Below are positions 28,088 to 34,372 of a stretch of DNA of 34,372 nucleotides, one piece after another (position 1 is the stretch's first letter; each line of letters starts with the position of its first letter). Made by a program: the position numbers and the translations under genes. The notes beneath the pieces were generated by a model. It searched no databases, was not told where the DNA came from, and saw nothing but the letters and a program-made list of their open reading frames with translations. The stretch is from Myxococcota bacterium (GTDB lineage Bacteria; Myxococcota_A; UBA9160; SZUA-336), in assembly GCA_040902485.1 (NCBI GenBank), contig JBBDXF010000001.1, positions 21,573 to 55,944 of the forward strand, written 5' to 3'.

Positions 28088-30001
28088 CTAGCGCGGCGGG
28101 AGGTGCTTCACGCGCGCGATCGGCTTCGGAGCGAGGCGCTGACCGCGCGACGTGAGTCCCGCGAACTCGAGCGCCCCGAGGTCGAAGTGACACTCCTTCT
28201 GGCGCTGTCGCTTGGCAGCGACGAACTGCAGGTGCAGCTTGCCCGGCGGGGCATCGCCCTCGAGCAACAGGTCGAGCTTGCCCTTCTCGTCCTTGAAGAA
28301 GCGGTATTCCTTGTCGTGGATGAAGCTCTCGATGTGCACGCGCTTGCCGAACGCGGTGCGGTCGGCGTCGCGCCACACGATCGTGAAGTCCTTCCCCTGC
28401 TCGGGGTCGAAGGTCGCGACGTACAGCACCTTGCGCGGCAGCAGCACCTTCTTGGGCGGATACATGATGCGGTAGGTGCCGTCGCTCGAGACCGCGAGGA
28501 TGCGGTCGTACTCCGACACGTTCATGCCGAACTCGGAGCCGCGCACGTCCGTGCCGAAGAAGCCCGTCTCCTCGTCGTACGAGACGCGCAGGTTCGCGCT
28601 CGCGACGGCCTTCTTGTCGATCTCGTCGATCGACGTGACCTTGGTGCGGCGCTTGTAGCGCTCGCCGTACTTCTCGATCAGGCCCTCGAGCCAGGCGATC
28701 ACCGTCTTGGTGAGAGCCTTGAGCTTCTTGCGCACGCCGGCGAGCTCGCCGAGCAGAAGCTCGAGCTCGCTGCGCTGCTTCTCGATGTCGAAGGCGGAGA
28801 TGCGGCGGATGCGGATCTCGAGCAGGCGCTTCACGTCCTCGTCGGTCATGTCGCGCACGAATTCCTTGCGGAACTCCGCCATGCCCTTGTGCACGGCTTC
28901 GAAGACCTTCTCTTCCGTCTTCGCGGTCTCGATCTTCTTGTACACGCGGTTCTCGATGAACACGCGCTCGAGCGTCATCCAGTGCTGACGGTCGACCAGC
29001 CGGCGCTCGTCCCACTCGAGCTCCGCCTTGACCTGCTCGCGCAGCCGCGCGGTCGCGTCCTCGAGCACCTCGTTCACGGTCAGCTCGACCGGCTTCTGGT
29101 CGCGGATCGCGAGCACCGACGACGACAGCGAGACCTCGCACTCCGTGTACGCGTAGAGCTGCGGGATCACTTCCTCGGCGTAGACGCCGCGCGCGAGCGA
29201 GAGCTCGATCTCGACCTTGTCGGTGGTGAAGTCGTCGATGCCGCTCACCTTGACGCGGCCCTTCTGCGACGCATCCTCGATCGAGGCGATCAGCGACTCG
29301 GTGGTGGTGCTGAAGGGGATCTCGCGGATCACCACGGTCTTCTCGCCGCGCGCCTCGATCTTCGCGCGCACCTTCACCTTGCCGCGGCCCTTGTCGTAGT
29401 CCGACACGTCCATCAGCCCGCCGGTCGGGAAATCGGGCACGACCTTGTACTTCTCGCCCTGAAGGATCGCGATCTGCGCGCGCAACAGCTCCACGAAGTT
29501 GTGCGGCAGGATGCGCGTGGCCATGCCGACGGCGATGCCCTCGATGCCGAGCAGCAGCGTCACCGGCAGCTTGGCGGGCAGGAACACCGGCTCCTCGCGG
29601 CGGCCGTCGTAGCTGGGCGTGAACTCGGTCAGGTTCGGGTTGAACAGCGTGTCGCGCGCGAGCGGCGTGAGCCGGCACTCGATGTAGCGCGAGGCCGCCG
29701 CCGGGTGACCGGTGATCGGGTTGCCGAAGTTTCCCTGGCGCTCGACGAAGTAGTCCTTGTTCGCGAGCACAACCAGCGCGTCGCCGATCGACACGTCCCC
29801 GTGCGGGTGCAGCTTCATGGTCTCGCCGATCACGTTGGCGACCTTGTGGAACAGGCCGTCGTCCATCGTGAACAGCGTGTGCAGGAGCCGCCGCTGCACC
29901 GGCTTGCAGCCGTCGCGCAGGTCCGGGAGCGCGCGATCCAGGATCGTGTAGCTCGCGTACTCCAGGAAGTTGCGCCGCATCAGCGGCTCGAGATTGGCCA
30001 T
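28088..30001 (-). CDS. parC: DNA topoisomerase IV subunit A (short form)
   Basis: YA.Y.I.DRALP..RDG.KPVQRR, HPHGD, QGNFG, AASRYIE (catalytic Tyr), PDFPTGG. No GyrA-box seen and the C-terminal domain is short. Confidence 0.92.
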   Translation of the reverse strand: MANLEPLMRRNFLEYASYTILDRALPDLRDGCKPVQRRLLHTLFTMDDGLFHKVANVIGETMKLHPHGDVSIGDALVVLANKDYFVERQGNFGNPITGHPAAASRYIECRLTPLARDTLFNPNLTEFTPSYDGRREEPVFLPAKLPVTLLLGIEGIAVGMATRILPHNFVELLRAQIAILQGEKYKVVPDFPTGGLMDVSDYDKGRGKVKVRAKIEARGEKTVVIREIPFSTTTESLIASIEDASQKGRVKVSGIDDFTTDKVEIELSLARGVYAEEVIPQLYAYTECEVSLSSSVLAIRDQKPVELTVNEVLEDATARLREQVKAELEWDERRLVDRQHWMTLERVFIENRVYKKIETAKTEEKVFEAVHKGMAEFRKEFVRDMTDEDVKRLLEIRIRRISAFDIEKQRSELELLLGELAGVRKKLKALTKTVIAWLEGLIEKYGERYKRRTKVTSIDEIDKKAVASANLRVSYDEETGFFGTDVRGSEFGMNVSEYDRILAVSSDGTYRIMYPPKKVLLPRKVLYVATFDPEQGKDFTIVWRDADRTAFGKRVHIESFIHDKEYRFFKDEKGKLDLLLEGDAPPGKLHLQFVAAKRQRQKECHFDLGALEFAGLTSRGQRLAPKPIARVKHLPPR

Positions 30002-30002
30002 G

Positions 30003-31853
30003 CTAGGTCACGTCGGAGAGCAGGTTGTCGACGATGAACTCGCGCCGCGCGGGCGTGTTCTTGCCCATGCAGAACTCGAGGCTCGCCGACGCCTCGCCGA
30101 GCGTCGCGAGCGAGACCGGCACGAGCCGGATGTCCCTACCGATGAACTGGCCGAACTCGTCGGGGCTGATCTCGCCGAGCCCCTTGAAGCGCGTGATCTC
30201 GGGCTTGCCGGTGAGCTCCGTGACGGCCTGATCGCGCTCCTTCTCGCTGTAGCAGTAGCGCGTCTCTTTGCGGTTGCGCACGCGGAACAGCGGCGTCTCG
30301 AGGATGTACAGGTGGCCCTTCAGCACCAGCTCCTCGAAGTAGCGCAAGAAGTACGTGAGCAAGAGATTGCGGATGTGCATGCCGTCGACGTCGGCGTCGG
30401 TGGCGATCACCACGCGGCCGTAGCGCAGCCCCTCGAGGCCGTCCTCGATACCGAGCGCCCGCATGATGTTGTAGAGCTCTTCGTTCTTGTACACCGCGTC
30501 GCGCTGCAGGCCGTAGCAGTTGAGCGGCTTGCCCTTCAGCGTGTAGATCGCTTGCGTCCACACGTCGCGCGACTTGATCATCGCGCCGCCGGCCGAGTTG
30601 CCCTCGGTCAGGAAGATCGTGGTGTCGTCGTGGCGCAGGTCCGCGACCTCGTCGTAGTGCACCTTGCAGTCGATCAGCTTCGGGATCCGGATCGCGACCG
30701 TCTTCGCGCGCTCGCGCGCCTGCTTCTTGATCGAGGCGAGCTCTTTGCGGATGCGCTCGTTCGTGCGCACCTTCTCGAGCAGCGCCTCGGCGGCCTCCGC
30801 GTTGCGGTGCAGCCACAGGATCATCTGCTCCTTCACTTCCTTGGTGATCCACGACTTCACGTCGGTGGAGCCGAGCTTGTTCTTGGTCTGACTCTCGAAG
30901 ACCGGGTCCTGGATCTTCACCGCCACCGCGCCGACGATGCCGTCGCGCACGTCCTCGCCGGCGAAGTCCTTGCCCGAGAACTCGTTCACGCCGCGCAGGA
31001 GCCCTTCGCGGAAGGCCGCCTGGTGCGTGCCGCCGTCGTTGGTGAACTGGCCGTTCACGAAGCTGAAGTAGCTCTCGCCGTACTGGTGGGTGTGGGTGAA
31101 GGCGAACTCGAGCCGGTCGAGCTTGCCGTGCACGATCTCGTAGAGCGGCGGCTCGTCGCCGATCTCCTTCACCAACAGGTCCGCGAGCCCGCCCTTGCTG
31201 TGGAAGGCGCGGCCGTTGTAGTGAAGCGAGAGCCCGGCGTTCAGGTACGCGTAGTACCAGAGCCGGTGGGCGATGAAGTCCTCGTGCCACGACCAGGTCT
31301 TGAAGATCGCGGGATCGGGTGTGAAGCGGACCCGCGTTCCGTCGGGCTCCTTCGCCTCCTTGCCCTGCTTGTCGGACTTGATCTTCCCCTGCACGAAGGT
31401 CGCGCGGCGGAACTTGCCCTCGCGGTACGAGACCACCTCGAACGCCGACGAGAGCGCGTTCACGGCCTTGGTGCCGACGCCGTTCAGGCCGACCGAGAAC
31501 TGGAACACGTCGTCGTTGTACTTGCCGCCGGTGTTGATCTGCGACACGCACTCGACGACCTTGCCCAGCGGGATGCCGCGGCCGAAGTCGCGCACGCACA
31601 GCTCGTCGCCGTCGCGCGTGATGTCGATCTTCTTGCCGTGGCCCATGATGAACTCGTCGACCGCGTTGTCGACGACCTCTTTCAGCATCACGTACACGCC
31701 GTCGAGCGGGTGCGTGCCGTCGCCGATCCGTCCGATGTACATGCCGGTGCGCAGACGGATGTGCTCGAGCGCGTCCAGGGTCTGGATCGTGCTCTCGTCG
31801 TAGACGACGGGCTTGCGGTCTGCGCTCTTCCGGCCGGAGTGATCCGCGGCCAT
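30003..31853 (-). CDS. parE: DNA topoisomerase IV subunit B
   Basis: ATG 31853 with GGGAGA upstream. EHIR.R.GMYIG, EVVDNAVDE, D.GRGIP, GLNGVG...VNALS, GGTH, F.SQTK.KL, EGNSA, KGKPLN, TDADVDG.HIR, RFKGLGE. Directly upstream of parC. Confidence 0.93.
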   Translation of the reverse strand: MAADHSGRKSADRKPVVYDESTIQTLDALEHIRLRTGMYIGRIGDGTHPLDGVYVMLKEVVDNAVDEFIMGHGKKIDITRDGDELCVRDFGRGIPLGKVVECVSQINTGGKYNDDVFQFSVGLNGVGTKAVNALSSAFEVVSYREGKFRRATFVQGKIKSDKQGKEAKEPDGTRVRFTPDPAIFKTWSWHEDFIAHRLWYYAYLNAGLSLHYNGRAFHSKGGLADLLVKEIGDEPPLYEIVHGKLDRLEFAFTHTHQYGESYFSFVNGQFTNDGGTHQAAFREGLLRGVNEFSGKDFAGEDVRDGIVGAVAVKIQDPVFESQTKNKLGSTDVKSWITKEVKEQMILWLHRNAEAAEALLEKVRTNERIRKELASIKKQARERAKTVAIRIPKLIDCKVHYDEVADLRHDDTTIFLTEGNSAGGAMIKSRDVWTQAIYTLKGKPLNCYGLQRDAVYKNEELYNIMRALGIEDGLEGLRYGRVVIATDADVDGMHIRNLLLTYFLRYFEELVLKGHLYILETPLFRVRNRKETRYCYSEKERDQAVTELTGKPEITRFKGLGEISPDEFGQFIGRDIRLVPVSLATLGEASASLEFCMGKNTPARREFIVDNLLSDVT

Positions 31854-31919
31854 GAGGTTCTCCCGGGGGGGAGGCCCGGAGGTTGAGGAATCCCGACGAT
31901 AGGTCAAGATGCGCGACCG

Positions 31920-32846
31920 GTGGAGACGCGGGTGGTCTCGAGATTCGCACCGACGACGTCCGGTCCAGCGCACCCGGGCACACTCGTCGCGGGCCTGCTC
32001 GCCTGGCTCGACGCGCGCAGCCGCGGCGCACGCTTCGCGCTCCGGCTCGAGGACATCGACCTCGAGCGCTGCACGCCCGGGCACGCCGCGGAAATGCGCG
32101 AAGCCCTGGCCTGGCTCGGGCTCGACTGGGACGAGGAGTCGCGCCAGAGCGCGAATCGCGCGGCACACGAGGCGGCGCTCGATCGGCTCGAGGCTTCGGG
32201 ACTGCTTTACCCGTGTTCGTGCTCGCGGAGCGAGATCGCGCGCGGGGGCGAGCGGGCCGCGGACGGCGGCTGGCGCTACTCCGGTCGCTGTCGCGAGCGG
32301 ACGCTGTCGGGCGGCGGCTGGCGCGCGGTCGAGGGCGCGGTGCGGCTGCGGCTACCGGCGGGTCGCGTCGAGCTGTGCGACGAATCGGGACTCGACCTGT
32401 CACAGGACCCGCTCTCCGAGGGGGGCGATCCGGTCCTGCGCCGCCGCGACCGCGCGATCGCCTACCACCTGGCCGTGGTGGTGGACGACGCCGAGTCCGG
32501 CATCACGCGCGTGGTGCGCGGGCGCGACATCGCCCCTTCGACCGCGACCCACGTGCTCTTGCAGCGCGCGCTCGACCTGCCCACGCCGAGCTATCGCCAC
32601 CACTTCCTGCTGCTCGAGGAGACCGGCGGAAAGCTCGCGAAGCTGCACGGCGCGGTGGGCTGGCGAGAACTGGCTGCGGTCTACGACGGGCCGGCCCTGT
32701 GCGGACTGCTCGCGCACTTCGCGGGTCTCTCGCGCGACGCTCGGCCCGTCACCCCGCGCGCGCTGCTCGAAGACTTCGACTGGGCGCGCGTGCGTAGCGA
32801 GGATCTCGTCGTTCGCTGGACCGGCTCCGAGCTCGTCGCAGCCTGA
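31920..32846 (+). CDS. gluQ: GluQ-like glutamyl-tRNA synthetase paralogue (catalytic domain only)
   Basis: RFAP......H.G, LRLEDID..R, L.WLGLDWD, YPC.CSR.E..., Y.G.CR, GD.VLRRRD...[10 protein letters not shown]...GIT.VVRG.D, KLAK. 308 aa with no anticodon-binding domain. Confidence 0.78.
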   Translation: METRVVSRFAPTTSGPAHPGTLVAGLLAWLDARSRGARFALRLEDIDLERCTPGHAAEMREALAWLGLDWDEESRQSANRAAHEAALDRLEASGLLYPCSCSRSEIARGGERAADGGWRYSGRCRERTLSGGGWRAVEGAVRLRLPAGRVELCDESGLDLSQDPLSEGGDPVLRRRDRAIAYHLAVVVDDAESGITRVVRGRDIAPSTATHVLLQRALDLPTPSYRHHFLLLEETGGKLAKLHGAVGWRELAAVYDGPALCGLLAHFAGLSRDARPVTPRALLEDFDWARVRSEDLVVRWTGSELVAA

Positions 32847-32850
32847 TCGG

Positions 32851-34371
<1,521 letters not shown>

Positions 34372-34372
34372 G

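Overview
A very GC-rich bacterial chromosomal segment (about 70% by eye). The gene mix resembles a Myxococcota/Binatota-like 'deltaproteobacterium', but this is inference only. The window is densely coding, with about 25 genes. Left to right: a toxin-antitoxin corner (partial DUF433 gene and an apparently damaged BrnT/antitoxin pair), a cytoplasmic BisC-like molybdoenzyme, dienelactone hydrolase, mtgA, an acyl-CoA dehydrogenase / APH-like kinase / methyltransferase run and a lipoprotein carboxylesterase. Next come an mddA + Rv2258c-like methyltransferase operon and a wHTH-ATPase-TPR regulator. These are followed by a class III cyclase-TPR protein, a DUF6151-like gene, LLM and NADP oxidoreductases, amidase, rarD, a 1358-aa membrane protein of unknown function, a DMT transporter, an MBL hydrolase, a STAS/SEC14-like protein, parC/parE, an atypical GluQ-like gene and a partial Baeyer-Villiger monooxygenase. 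No rRNA, tRNA, CRISPR array or transposase was seen. Best leads: (1) 11-bp-phased GGTNNGGA repeats upstream of mddA, a probable target of the adjacent regulator; (2) the giant membrane protein is a whole-length internal duplication with an internal signal-peptide-like segment; (3) ten genes have a TANNNT box 6-9 nt before the start codon, suggesting pervasive leaderless transcription; (4) the cyclase has Asp/Arg at the usual Lys/Asp specificity positions. All family calls come from motif recognition by eye, not database searches.
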